A stretch of DNA of 64,000 nt from Sedimentisphaerales bacterium (GTDB lineage: Bacteria; Planctomycetota; Phycisphaerae; Sedimentisphaerales; Anaerobacaceae), in assembly GCA_963708075.1 (NCBI GenBank), contig OY970194.1:3392001-3456000 (forward strand), in the 5' to 3' direction. How positions within the stretch are numbered: the first letter of the stretch is position 1; each line of letters begins with the position of its first letter. Position numbers and translations under genes: made by a program. The notes below the pieces were generated by a model. The model was given only the letters and a program-made list of their open reading frames with translations. It made no database searches and was not told where the DNA came from. Of the stretch, positions 23,310 through 32,207 are shown piece by piece.

Positions 23310-23477
23310 ATCTCCCAGCATATCGCAAGCGAGTCGACCTCGTCAAGCAGCGTCTTGCTCCCGCACTCGCCTCAGTATTGACGACGTTCTCTCGCTTGGA
23401 GCAGCCGGCCAACTACGCCAGCAGAATTCCGACCAACAAGAACGCGGTGGATAAGGTGCGCTTCACAATGCACCAGA

Positions 23478-24788
23478 CTATCTCTTCCCTTTTCGGGAAT
23501 TGCAGGAACGGCACATCAAGGCTGCGTTTGACAACGTTGATCTGCCTCCGAGCGCATACGGCTTGATGTGATCAATCGTGAAATTGGACCAGGACAGTGG
23601 TTTTCGGCACTCAGGGCAACGCTTCCGCTCGTCAGAGTGCCACAAGAGCCTGCGTTGTTCGATGGTGAACCCTCGCTGCCGGTCCTTCTTCTCATTTTCA
23701 AATAAGCTACCAAATACCCTCCTGACTATCTCGGACCGCCGTTGTCTTGTAGCAAGGCTGTCTGTGTCACCCTGAACAGTAAGAAGATAGTCGGCAAATA
23801 GTCGTTGGTCCGGACTTGCTCCCTCGGCTTTGCGCTGCTGTTGTCGGACAACGCCCACACCATTCGACAACCACACCAGCAGTCTCTGAGCCTGCCTGTT
23901 TCTCCTCATATCTGTTAAGATGCACCCCTGTCGGTCTATGTCCCAGAGGAACATGAAGAGGGAGTAGAAGTCGGCTGAGTTTGCAAAGCGTGTGGTCCGA
24001 ATATCAGGAAATGTCTTTTTCATGAGGTTGAGTATTCGGATTGTCTCCTGAACGACCCTTCGAAGCGTACGGAGATCGGTTGCCTGCCCCCCAAGGATGC
24101 CGTCGAGTGCTTTCTTCTTGTTGATCAATCCTTTGGCTTGGATTGACGCCATGAGTTCGCAGACCAACTCGACATGCTTCATCCTGCTGATCTGCCCAGC
24201 CGAAAGAACCCGGTTCTCTAGGAAGAAGTGTCGCCGCCTCTCGGCAAGGCGTGCGGCCTGTTTCAGAAAATCACTGCGGAAAAACCGAGCGTGGCGTTTC
24301 TCAGCCCCGGTGAGCCGCTTTCCGGTCGAGTTGATGCGGACAAAAAGATCAATGATGTCCGCCAGATCTCCAGTGATCTCCACGGTCTGGAACTTGTAAC
24401 CCATCAGTCGGTGCTCATGACCACGCTTCTGTATTCGCTTCCAGTCCCATTCCTCGACTGCGTCATCAGGTCCGAACCGTAGCTTGACCCCAAAACGCGA
24501 TCCACGAAAGCGACCCGCTCCCTGGAACATAAGGACGGTTTCCAGCCGCTGCTTCCCGTCGATCACGTCATACCGTAGTCTCCCGTTCTCGTTCTGCCGG
24601 TAGAGAAACACTGACGGAATGGGGTAGTTCTGCAAGAGAGACTCAATCAGTCTCTTTCTGTCTGAGAGCGTCCATACAGAATCACGTTGGAATCCCGGCT
24701 CAAGGTTCAACTGGCTGTTGTTGAAGAGGAGCACGAACTCCTGGATCGTCTTGTCGCCATAATCGAAATCGAGCGAATGTGTGGGCAT
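23478..24788 (-). CDS. DUF262 (GmrS/ParB-like) plus C-terminal HNH endonuclease
   Basis: FQRDSVW, IPSVF, VIDGKQRL, FVRINSTG; CPEC...DHIKP...GG...N...CRSCN. Confidence 0.88.
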   Translation of the reverse strand: MPTHSLDFDYGDKTIQEFVLLFNNSQLNLEPGFQRDSVWTLSDRKRLIESLLQNYPIPSVFLYRQNENGRLRYDVIDGKQRLETVLMFQGAGRFRGSRFGVKLRFGPDDAVEEWDWKRIQKRGHEHRLMGYKFQTVEITGDLADIIDLFVRINSTGKRLTGAEKRHARFFRSDFLKQAARLAERRRHFFLENRVLSAGQISRMKHVELVCELMASIQAKGLINKKKALDGILGGQATDLRTLRRVVQETIRILNLMKKTFPDIRTTRFANSADFYSLFMFLWDIDRQGCILTDMRRNRQAQRLLVWLSNGVGVVRQQQRKAEGASPDQRLFADYLLTVQGDTDSLATRQRRSEIVRRVFGSLFENEKKDRQRGFTIEQRRLLWHSDERKRCPECRKPLSWSNFTIDHIKPYALGGRSTLSNAALMCRSCNSRKGKR

Positions 24789-24814
24789 TTTGCCGCCTCG
24801 TTCTTTCTATCCTC

Positions 24815-27064
24815 TTACCACACGTTCAGAACGAGTTTCCCCTGGCCCGGGTTCTCGAACGGGCCGGGGGTTGGATTCTTCCTGGATCTCTTCTTGCCGA
24901 AGTAGTCGGTGTCGATCTTCAAGGGCGAGCTATCGGGCTGTTCGTAGGGCAGATCCGGGATCTTCGCTTTCCCAAGCAGTTCGGTCGTGACGAGCTGACG
25001 CGGCGGCTTGCTGAGCCACGCCTTGTCGAGTGTGATATGGAGGTAGACGCCGTCCTTCTCTTCGACCAGTTTGATCGCGGGGTCGAACTCCGGCAGCACA
25101 GTCGGGGCCTGCTCATGCTTGCAGGACGCGGCGCCCTTGAGAAAGACATTGCCGGCCATCTGCATCGGCCGCACTGCCTTGTCGTAGCCAGCCAAACCGG
25201 CCGACTGGATCAGGAGATTGTTGAAGTACCGGTCGTCGCCGCCCTCGATTTTCTGCAGGCCCGCTACCTCCGTGCTGTGGGCTTTGTGGAACGGGGTCTC
25301 GCGCGACAACTCGGGGTGAGGGTCGATGGGACCGGCAAACAAGTTGTGCACGTACGCTCCGCCTTCGGACATGTCCAATATCGCACGACCCGAAAGGAAG
25401 AGATTGTTGTCGACCATGAATGGGCCGTGATCGACCTCCACAAAAAGCCCGGTGCCGTTGTCGTGCAGAAGGTTGCGGGTCACGCGCGTGCCCTGCGCCA
25501 TCCAGTCCAGCCAGATCGCCAGGCACGTGCGGTAGATGTGGTTGTGGCTGATCTCGGTGTCGATCGCGCCGTGAATTTTGATGCCGGCCATCTCGGCGCC
25601 CGAGAACAGTTGCCGGACGTGGATGTCGTGGATGACGTTGCCGGTGATCGTGCAGAACACCGCGCCCATGCTCCCAACGACGCCCGCCTGCTCGCAGTGC
25701 GAGATATGATTGTTCCGCACGATGTGGTGGCCGACATTCTCCTTCGACCAGCCGTTCTTCAGGGCACGATTGATCGTATCGACATAGCCCTCGGCTGTGT
25801 TCTGTGACTTGTTATCCCATTGATCGCCGTACTTGCCGAGCGTGACCCCGACGCACGTCGAATAGTGGATCTCGTTGTCCTCGATGATCCACCCCTTGCT
25901 CCAGTGGGTACCGATCAAGCCGATCTGCTCGGCCGTGGGCGGTGCCCAGGGCGTGGCCGCGTGCACCATCGTGAAGCCTCGCACGGTGATGAAATTGATG
26001 CCCGGCTTGTCCGGGTAGAACACCGCCCGGCGGGCATTGATTTCGACCTCGGTCTCGTTGGGATTGACGCCCTTAAACTGCGCCCAGATCGTAGTGTTCG
26101 TCTCGTCCACCTGGGCAAACCATAATTGGGCATCCGACGGACCCGACTGAGGCCCCTTGAACACCAGGCAGAGCGTCTTGACCCCGCTCATGGGCTTGAT
26201 CTTGACGTTGAACGAAGACCACGTTTGCCAGCTCCCTGTGTTCGGGACCGAGCAAGAGCCTATGAGTTCTCCGTCCGGCGTATCCAGACGAATCTCGATG
26301 ATCCCGCCGGTGCTTTCAGACGCAGCGCGAATCTCGATCTGCCCGGTGCGCTGGCCGAAATCGATCCGCTCATATCGAGCCCAATCGCCATGCTCAATCC
26401 AGCCGATACACTCCCCACCCTCCGAGCAAGGCGCCGTTTGAACGCCCTGCTGAGTCGCAAAGCCCGCCGCCGGAACCCGCCCGGCGTTCCCCGAACCCTT
26501 GCCGGGCCGCAGCCAGGCCACATTCAGCAGATATTGTCCATCCCCCGGGGCATACCCCGATGCTTCCCCAATGGGTTTCAGCACATCCTCCAGCTTGGCC
26601 GCTTCGGTGAGCCAGTGGCCGTTCAGATACACCGCCCCCGTGTGGTGATCCCGTCCCTTGGGACTGAACCAGTCGCCGCGAATCAAGTCGCTGTAGGGAT
26701 TGAAGCCCCCGAAGAAGGTGTTGGGGATGGTGACTTTCCAAGTGTCGTTCTGCACCTTCTGCCAGCCCTTGATGACTTCGGAGCCCTTGATAGCGACCTT
26801 CTCACCACGGGCCGCCCGGTAGATGATGCGTTTCTGATCCGACTCGCCCCCGCGGGGCGGGGTGACTCGTTCGCGATACGTCCCGGCATGCACCGTGATC
26901 GTGTCGCCGGGCTGCGCCTTCTCAGCCGCCGCCGAGATCGTCTTCAACGGCTTGGACGCCGACCCAGCATTCGTATCGCGCCCGTCCACTGAAACATGGT
27001 ACTCCCTGGCAGAAACCGACCGGGCCAGCAACGCCACCAACACGATCAGAGCTACATTCCTCAT
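24815..27064 (-). CDS. secreted beta-helix glycoside hydrolase (GH120-like) with inserted CBM6-like module
   Basis: YHVS..G.D, PGDTITVHAGTYRE, ATPWAPPTAEQIG, EMAGIKIH, IWLDWMAQG; CBM6-like IGWIEHGDW, NTGSWQTW. Confidence 0.8.
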   Translation of the reverse strand: MRNVALIVLVALLARSVSAREYHVSVDGRDTNAGSASKPLKTISAAAEKAQPGDTITVHAGTYRERVTPPRGGESDQKRIIYRAARGEKVAIKGSEVIKGWQKVQNDTWKVTIPNTFFGGFNPYSDLIRGDWFSPKGRDHHTGAVYLNGHWLTEAAKLEDVLKPIGEASGYAPGDGQYLLNVAWLRPGKGSGNAGRVPAAGFATQQGVQTAPCSEGGECIGWIEHGDWARYERIDFGQRTGQIEIRAASESTGGIIEIRLDTPDGELIGSCSVPNTGSWQTWSSFNVKIKPMSGVKTLCLVFKGPQSGPSDAQLWFAQVDETNTTIWAQFKGVNPNETEVEINARRAVFYPDKPGINFITVRGFTMVHAATPWAPPTAEQIGLIGTHWSKGWIIEDNEIHYSTCVGVTLGKYGDQWDNKSQNTAEGYVDTINRALKNGWSKENVGHHIVRNNHISHCEQAGVVGSMGAVFCTITGNVIHDIHVRQLFSGAEMAGIKIHGAIDTEISHNHIYRTCLAIWLDWMAQGTRVTRNLLHDNGTGLFVEVDHGPFMVDNNLFLSGRAILDMSEGGAYVHNLFAGPIDPHPELSRETPFHKAHSTEVAGLQKIEGGDDRYFNNLLIQSAGLAGYDKAVRPMQMAGNVFLKGAASCKHEQAPTVLPEFDPAIKLVEEKDGVYLHITLDKAWLSKPPRQLVTTELLGKAKIPDLPYEQPDSSPLKIDTDYFGKKRSRKNPTPGPFENPGQGKLVLNVW

Positions 27065-27330
27065 CTTCGTATTCCTTTCCTGCACTTGCCGAGCTTTTGG
27101 TTCTCCAGCACTCACGTCACGAGCATAGCCCGGCCAGTGACGCAGGTAAAGCGAGCAGATGGAAAAATCCATGTCCAGGGATGCCATGTCTACTTATCTA
27201 TCGTCCTGGCGTGCGGCATCTCATCAGATGGCTGGGCGTTCCGCGCCTCCGGGCGGCGCAAGGTGAATGCAAACCCCGGGTCCGGGACATGTCGTGTGCG
27301 ACTACATTTCGTGAGCGAACAGCCCTTGTT

Positions 27331-27426
27331 TGTCATGCTGAGCGAAGCGAAGCATCTGGCCCACGAATGGAACTGATGCTTGTTCCCATGCTCAGCTCAG
27401 ATCCTTCGCTGCCGCTCAGGATGACA
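27331..27426. repeat. TGTCAT...ATGACA palindromic MITE-like element
   Basis: TGTCATGCTGAGCGAAGCGAAGCATCT ... AGATCCTTCGCTGCCGCTCAGGATGACA imperfect terminal inverted repeats. Confidence 0.8.
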
Positions 27427-27502
27427 GGATGGATGCTCGCCTCCCCACCAGGATTAGCCGCACCCGACATGTCGCATCTGCACAGATTCTTGAGCATCGT
27501 GC

Positions 27503-27534
27503 CGGGTGGCAGCGGCAGGCTCCGCTTGCCGCTG
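27503..27534. repeat. CGGGTGGCA-type REP-like palindrome
   Basis: CGGGTGG CAGCGGCA GGCTCCGCT TGCCGCTG; same leader as 15470 and 21502. Confidence 0.6.
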
Positions 27535-27565
27535 CGCCTCGGCGAAAGGTCAATCGCAGCAGAGA

Positions 27566-29296
27566 TCAGCGAAGCCCACGGGGCTTATGAATACGAATGG
27601 ACGGCGAGTCCGTGCTGGCACCATCGTCATCGGTCGCCCGTGCGCGCAGGCCAGGACTGGCGGTCATGTAGTTAAGGGGAGAGCCCGTCCAGTCCAACGC
27701 CCAACCATCGCTGCCGTCTGTGTCCTCGCCGATCTTCTCACCGTCGGCAAAGAACTCCACTTTCAAGACATACCCGTCGCTGTCCGATGCCTGAGCTTCG
27801 ATTCTGACCGTCTCGGGCAAGGGATTGAACGTGGTTCCATCTTCCGGAGTCGTGATAACAACGGTCGGGGGCTGGTTGCCCGTCTGTCCTGTCTCGCCCA
27901 GGCTCGCGTAGGCGGTTCCGCCGTAGGCCCCGAGGTTGATCCGCCCACCGTTGGGCTTTGGCTCCTTCGAGTAGTCGGCCTTCGGGTCGCCGGCGTTGAT
28001 GCAGGGACTGGTGACCTTGTCCAGGACCCATACTTCATGCCTGGCCCAGTAGCGGCCTCGCTCGCTCTGCAGATGGTAATCCTTCGCGTTGGGATCGACG
28101 AACAGCGGGTCGCTGGTGAAGTTGCCCTGGCCCGAGGACCCTCGCTGGATGCAACTATAGCGAGCGTCGCATCCGACCAGGTCGTCACCGGCGTTGTACC
28201 AGAAGATGCAGTTCGAGATATTGGGGTCGGCCCCGGCATAGGCCTCCAGGCCGTACTTGTTCGCAACCACGGTCAGATTCCGGATCGTCGGCGAGCTTTG
28301 CACGAGGAAGACGCCGAGGAAGCTGTCTCGGATAATGAAGTTCTCCAGCACGCTGGCAGGCCCTTCGCCGGTGCAGAACGACACGGCGAACTCGGTCCCC
28401 ACCGTCAGGACGGCGGCATGGCCGGCGCTGCGAACAGTGATGGCCTTGCCCAGGAAGTCAATCGGTTGGCGATAGACGCCCGGGTAGACCAGGATTGTGC
28501 TGCCATCGATGGCGGAGTCGATTCCCTTCTGGATGGTGGCAAACGCCGTCCCGGTAGTCAGGCCATCATTGTTGTCGCTGCCCTTCTTACTATCGACGTA
28601 GTAGACCGGGGTCAGCAGCATTTCGCGCGTCGTGAAGCTCCAAACCGGACCGCGCTTCTTGAAGGGCTTCCCGTGAGAGTCCACCGTTTCGTCGATGCGC
28701 CAGTAGTACGTCGTGCTCAGGCTCAGGGGCCCGGGATCGTATTCAGTGGCTCCCTGCTTGCCCTTGAAGGTCTCGCTTGCGCCTTGGTCGACCATAGCCT
28801 TGTCGACACCAAAATACACATCGTGTGCGACGGCCAACCTGCCGGGTGTCCACGTGAGTTTCACGACTGGGTCCACACCTATGGCGCCGTCGGCCGGTGC
28901 GGGGTTGCTCGCAGTGTACCCCTGCGTCGTAAAGCTCCAGACATCTCCGGTGTGAATCGTGGTCGTGCCGGCTTCGACTTCGTCGATCCGCCAGTAATAA
29001 GTGGTCCCCGGCGTCAAGCCAGCGCTGTAAAAGTACATCGATACGCCGAGAGGTTGCCGACCTTTGAAGTCCGCCGGCCCTGGCTGCGGTTTGGCGCCGA
29101 CGTACACATCATGCCAGACCGCCGTGGCGCCCGGCGTCCATTCCAGCAGCGCCAGGGTCACCCCGGTTGCGCCCTCCGCGGGGCTGGGGTTGGTTGCTTT
29201 GAGTTCGGCCGCCGCACTCCTTGCTGCCGGGGACCATGCCGGCAGAATCAGGGCCGCGATGGCCACAACGATTGCGAACTTCCGTCTGCTCTCCAT
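27566..29296 (-). CDS. secreted modular protein: two Ig/FN3-like repeats, beta-helix (DUF1565-like), Ig-like C-terminus
   Basis: Two NP.PA.GA.GV...WTPG..AV.HDVY.G...YYWRIDE...VWSFTT repeats; FATIQKGID, TSPCINAGDP, RINLGAYGGT, NQPPTVVITTP.DG. Confidence 0.75.
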   Translation of the reverse strand: MESRRKFAIVVAIAALILPAWSPAARSAAAELKATNPSPAEGATGVTLALLEWTPGATAVWHDVYVGAKPQPGPADFKGRQPLGVSMYFYSAGLTPGTTYYWRIDEVEAGTTTIHTGDVWSFTTQGYTASNPAPADGAIGVDPVVKLTWTPGRLAVAHDVYFGVDKAMVDQGASETFKGKQGATEYDPGPLSLSTTYYWRIDETVDSHGKPFKKRGPVWSFTTREMLLTPVYYVDSKKGSDNNDGLTTGTAFATIQKGIDSAIDGSTILVYPGVYRQPIDFLGKAITVRSAGHAAVLTVGTEFAVSFCTGEGPASVLENFIIRDSFLGVFLVQSSPTIRNLTVVANKYGLEAYAGADPNISNCIFWYNAGDDLVGCDARYSCIQRGSSGQGNFTSDPLFVDPNAKDYHLQSERGRYWARHEVWVLDKVTSPCINAGDPKADYSKEPKPNGGRINLGAYGGTAYASLGETGQTGNQPPTVVITTPEDGTTFNPLPETVRIEAQASDSDGYVLKVEFFADGEKIGEDTDGSDGWALDWTGSPLNYMTASPGLRARATDDDGASTDSPSIRIHKPRGLR

Positions 29297-29605
29297 TGTT
29301 CCGCCCTTTCATATCTCTGTCGCCAGTGAGTAACGCAGACACTGTGCCTGCGCAAAGTTCGCCGTGGACGTGACTGGTGCCGGTTTTCCATGCAGTCTCT
29401 GCGGCCCACAGACGCGCGACATGCAACGTCGTGCCGCACCGGCGCACAAAGATGTACTCACTTCGAAGGCAGGAACGATATGACAGAAAGATGTTGTATA
29501 ATGGCGAAGAGCATATGATGACGACTCTGCCCTGCCTTCGCGCTTTTACCAGACGTCATTCTACCCACGCCAACATCCGCCGTGCAAGAAAATTCCCCAT
29601 CTTTT

Positions 29606-30046
29606 TTACCCAATTCGTGCGCCGGCTTGCTCAAGAATCTCTGAGGCGGCGGCGATATCAGGAAGGTGGACGCGGACCTCAATCTGCCCGCTGGCCTGCG
29701 TGCTCTGTTCGGATGCGTTAAATGCCAACGAGAGGTACGTGGGCCTGACCGCAAATATCATCTTCTTGAACAGTGCATCATCGTAGGCCACGTTGATGTT
29801 GATTTCACTGTAGCGTTTGGCTTTCACGACCATCTTCCGCTCTGACAGAACGAAGTACCCGATGAAGCTGATTCGTCTGTACCCACTTCGAACGCCCTGC
29901 GCCCTATAGTGCCGGAATATGGCCGTCTCCAGGACCCCTTCAGCCAGATACACGATTCGCCCCTCCGACTCGACCTGTGCTCGCACTGCTTCTGGCAGTC
30001 GCCCCAGCCCGAGGCCCGCCGCCAGTCTCTGCACCAATGTGCCCAT
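29606..30046 (-). CDS. hypothetical protein
   Basis: 146 aa ORF with GGAGG RBS; no recognised motif. Confidence 0.55.
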   Translation of the reverse strand: MGTLVQRLAAGLGLGRLPEAVRAQVESEGRIVYLAEGVLETAIFRHYRAQGVRSGYRRISFIGYFVLSERKMVVKAKRYSEININVAYDDALFKKMIFAVRPTYLSLAFNASEQSTQASGQIEVRVHLPDIAAASEILEQAGARIG

Positions 30047-30327
30047 CAGCTATCCTCCAAATGCGAACAAAAAGCTGAATCTCGACAGAATACTCAATTG
30101 CCGATACCTATGGTAGTCGCTCGTCGTTACCAATGATCGCCGCAGAGGCCGGATGAATCAAGAGGGCGGGCAGGAAGTCCAGCCTCTCTTGGGGCCCAAA
30201 CACGAAATCACACGGCCAGGGCCAACTGGGGACTCTGAGAGCTTGGCGCCGGGTCAGTACGGGTATAGACTCCTTTGAGAACAAAGGGTGACACACCTAA
30301 CGGCAAAGAGGTTCACATGAGAAAGGG

Positions 30328-31326
30328 ATGGGTATGAAGGCGAAGACATGTTTCATTTCGGTGGTGGTGGTTCTGGTGCTCGGCGTCACGGGCATGGCAA
30401 GGGAAAGGCCTGCGAAGAAAGAGGGAGCCAGAGGCACGGGCCTGGTTGCGGCCGGGGCGGAGGTCAAGAAGCTTGCCGGGGATTTCAAATTCACCGAGGG
30501 TCCGGCGGCGGATGCGAAGGGCGATGTGTACTTCAGTGACATTCCGAACAACCGGATTCTCAAATGGTCCGTCGAGGAGGGCAAGCTCAGCACGTTCTTG
30601 GAGAATTCGGGCGGGGCCAACGGGCTGTACTTCGATAAGGACGGCAATCTCATTGCCTGCCAGGGCGGCGACCGGCGGCTGGTCTCCATCTCGCCCAAGG
30701 GCGAAGTCACTGTGCTCGCGGATAAGTATGAAGGCAAGAAGTTCAACAGTCTCAACGATCTCTGGATCGATCCCAAGGGCGGCATCTATTTCACCGATCC
30801 GCGCTATGGGGGCCGTGAGGGCATGGAACAGGATGGCGAGCACGTATATTACCTGACGCCGGACCGCAAGAGCGTCATTCGCGTGATCAATGACATGGTC
30901 CGCCCGAACGGCGTCATCGGCACACCCAACGGCAGGAGGCTCTTCGTCGCCGATCATGGCGCCGGGAAAACCTTCGTGTACAGCATCAACAAGGACGGCA
31001 CCCTGACCGACAAGCAGCTTCTTGTCGAGCAGGGCTCCGATGGCGTGACCCTCGACAGCCGGGGCGACGTCTATCTGACCGGAAAGGCCGTCACCGTCCA
31101 CAACCGCAAGGGACAGAAGATCCAGGAGATCGCCGTCCCCGAAGGGCCGGCCAACGTCACCTTCGGCGGCAAGGACAATCAGACCCTGTTCATCACGGCC
31201 CGGACGTCTCTCTACTCCATCCCGATGGAAGTCAAGGGCGCGCCAACACCGGTCCGAAAGGGCGAGCAACCCGCTCAAGAAGCCAAGAGGAACAAGACGA
31301 CAAAGAAAGGCAAGCGGCAGAAATAG
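30328..31326 (+). CDS. SMP-30/gluconolactonase/LRE family protein, secreted
   Basis: FKFTEGPAAD, ANGL, NSLNDL, YFTDP, PNGVIG, GSDGVT, ANVTFGG. Confidence 0.92.
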   Translation: MGMKAKTCFISVVVVLVLGVTGMARERPAKKEGARGTGLVAAGAEVKKLAGDFKFTEGPAADAKGDVYFSDIPNNRILKWSVEEGKLSTFLENSGGANGLYFDKDGNLIACQGGDRRLVSISPKGEVTVLADKYEGKKFNSLNDLWIDPKGGIYFTDPRYGGREGMEQDGEHVYYLTPDRKSVIRVINDMVRPNGVIGTPNGRRLFVADHGAGKTFVYSINKDGTLTDKQLLVEQGSDGVTLDSRGDVYLTGKAVTVHNRKGQKIQEIAVPEGPANVTFGGKDNQTLFITARTSLYSIPMEVKGAPTPVRKGEQPAQEAKRNKTTKKGKRQK

Positions 31327-31333
31327 CCGGCGG

Positions 31334-31999
31334 CTACGTCAAAGTTTGCAGACGCGGGAAGAATTGTTCGAGGAAGCCGCCGACGCCGTGAAGGATCATG
31401 GCGACCGCTTTAGCCGCGAGGAAGATGTAGAGCAGCCGGGCAATCATCATCCCGGCGTACGGGCCGGTCAGACGCATCAACGTGTGGGCATTCCGCGCGA
31501 TCAGGAATACGAAGAAGAACGTCACTACCGCCGTGATAACCATCAGGCCCTGGCCGATGGCCTGTGTCGTGATGATGGTCACCGTGAGCGCGCCGGGACC
31601 GACCATGATGGGAAACGCGATGGGGAACACGGCGACCATCATGCGATCTTTAGGGTGCTGGTACACGTCCCCGTGCGGCATGATGCCATGAAGGGCGATG
31701 ATGAACAGGAGGATGCCGCCGGCAATCTGCAGATCGTCCACGGTCACGTTGAACAGATAGGCCAGACTCCAATCGCCGATCAGGGTGAAAACGATGACGA
31801 CGCCGAGGGCCGTGAGGACGGCCAGGTTCATCACCCGCTTGCGTTCACGCTCCTGCAGGTCCCGTGTGAGATCGGCGTACACCGGGATATTTCCGATGGG
31901 ATTGACCACCGCGAACAGGAGCAGGCCGTGGTGTATCACCAGACCGATCGGCCCCGCCCATTCCTCCACCCCGCCTCTCTGGAGCATTGCCATCGCCAT
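31334..31999 (-). CDS. MarC family membrane protein
   Basis: LFAVVNPIGNIP, IAGGILLF, VFPIAFPIMVGPG. Confidence 0.92.
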   Translation of the reverse strand: MAMAMLQRGGVEEWAGPIGLVIHHGLLLFAVVNPIGNIPVYADLTRDLQERERKRVMNLAVLTALGVVIVFTLIGDWSLAYLFNVTVDDLQIAGGILLFIIALHGIMPHGDVYQHPKDRMMVAVFPIAFPIMVGPGALTVTIITTQAIGQGLMVITAVVTFFFVFLIARNAHTLMRLTGPYAGMMIARLLYIFLAAKAVAMILHGVGGFLEQFFPRLQTLT

Positions 32000-32207
32000 G
32001 CGTCGTCAGCTTCCTTTCCGATGCCGTACACCGCGCCGCCCGAAGATGAAGACTGCGCCATCCTTGATCCCTTCGAGCAGCCGGAGCGGCCGTGCGACAG
32101 CCCACGACTCTACAAATGCAGGTCGCTCATCGCAACAGGGTCATACGGAGATTCGGCCGCATCGTGCAGAATTTTTCGCTCTCGTGGTCGCCATGGCGAG
32201 GGAGTGG

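Noticed and set aside
27506..29329. Long antisense ORFs (607 aa here; also 2381-3736, 8654-10270, 44382-45632, 55868-57187 and others)
   Set aside because: Shadow frames of high-GC genes on the opposite strand with no recognisable motifs
29421..29436. sigma54 promoter (CGGCACGACGTTGCAT, minus strand)
   Set aside because: GG-to-GC spacing is 9 nt rather than the required 10
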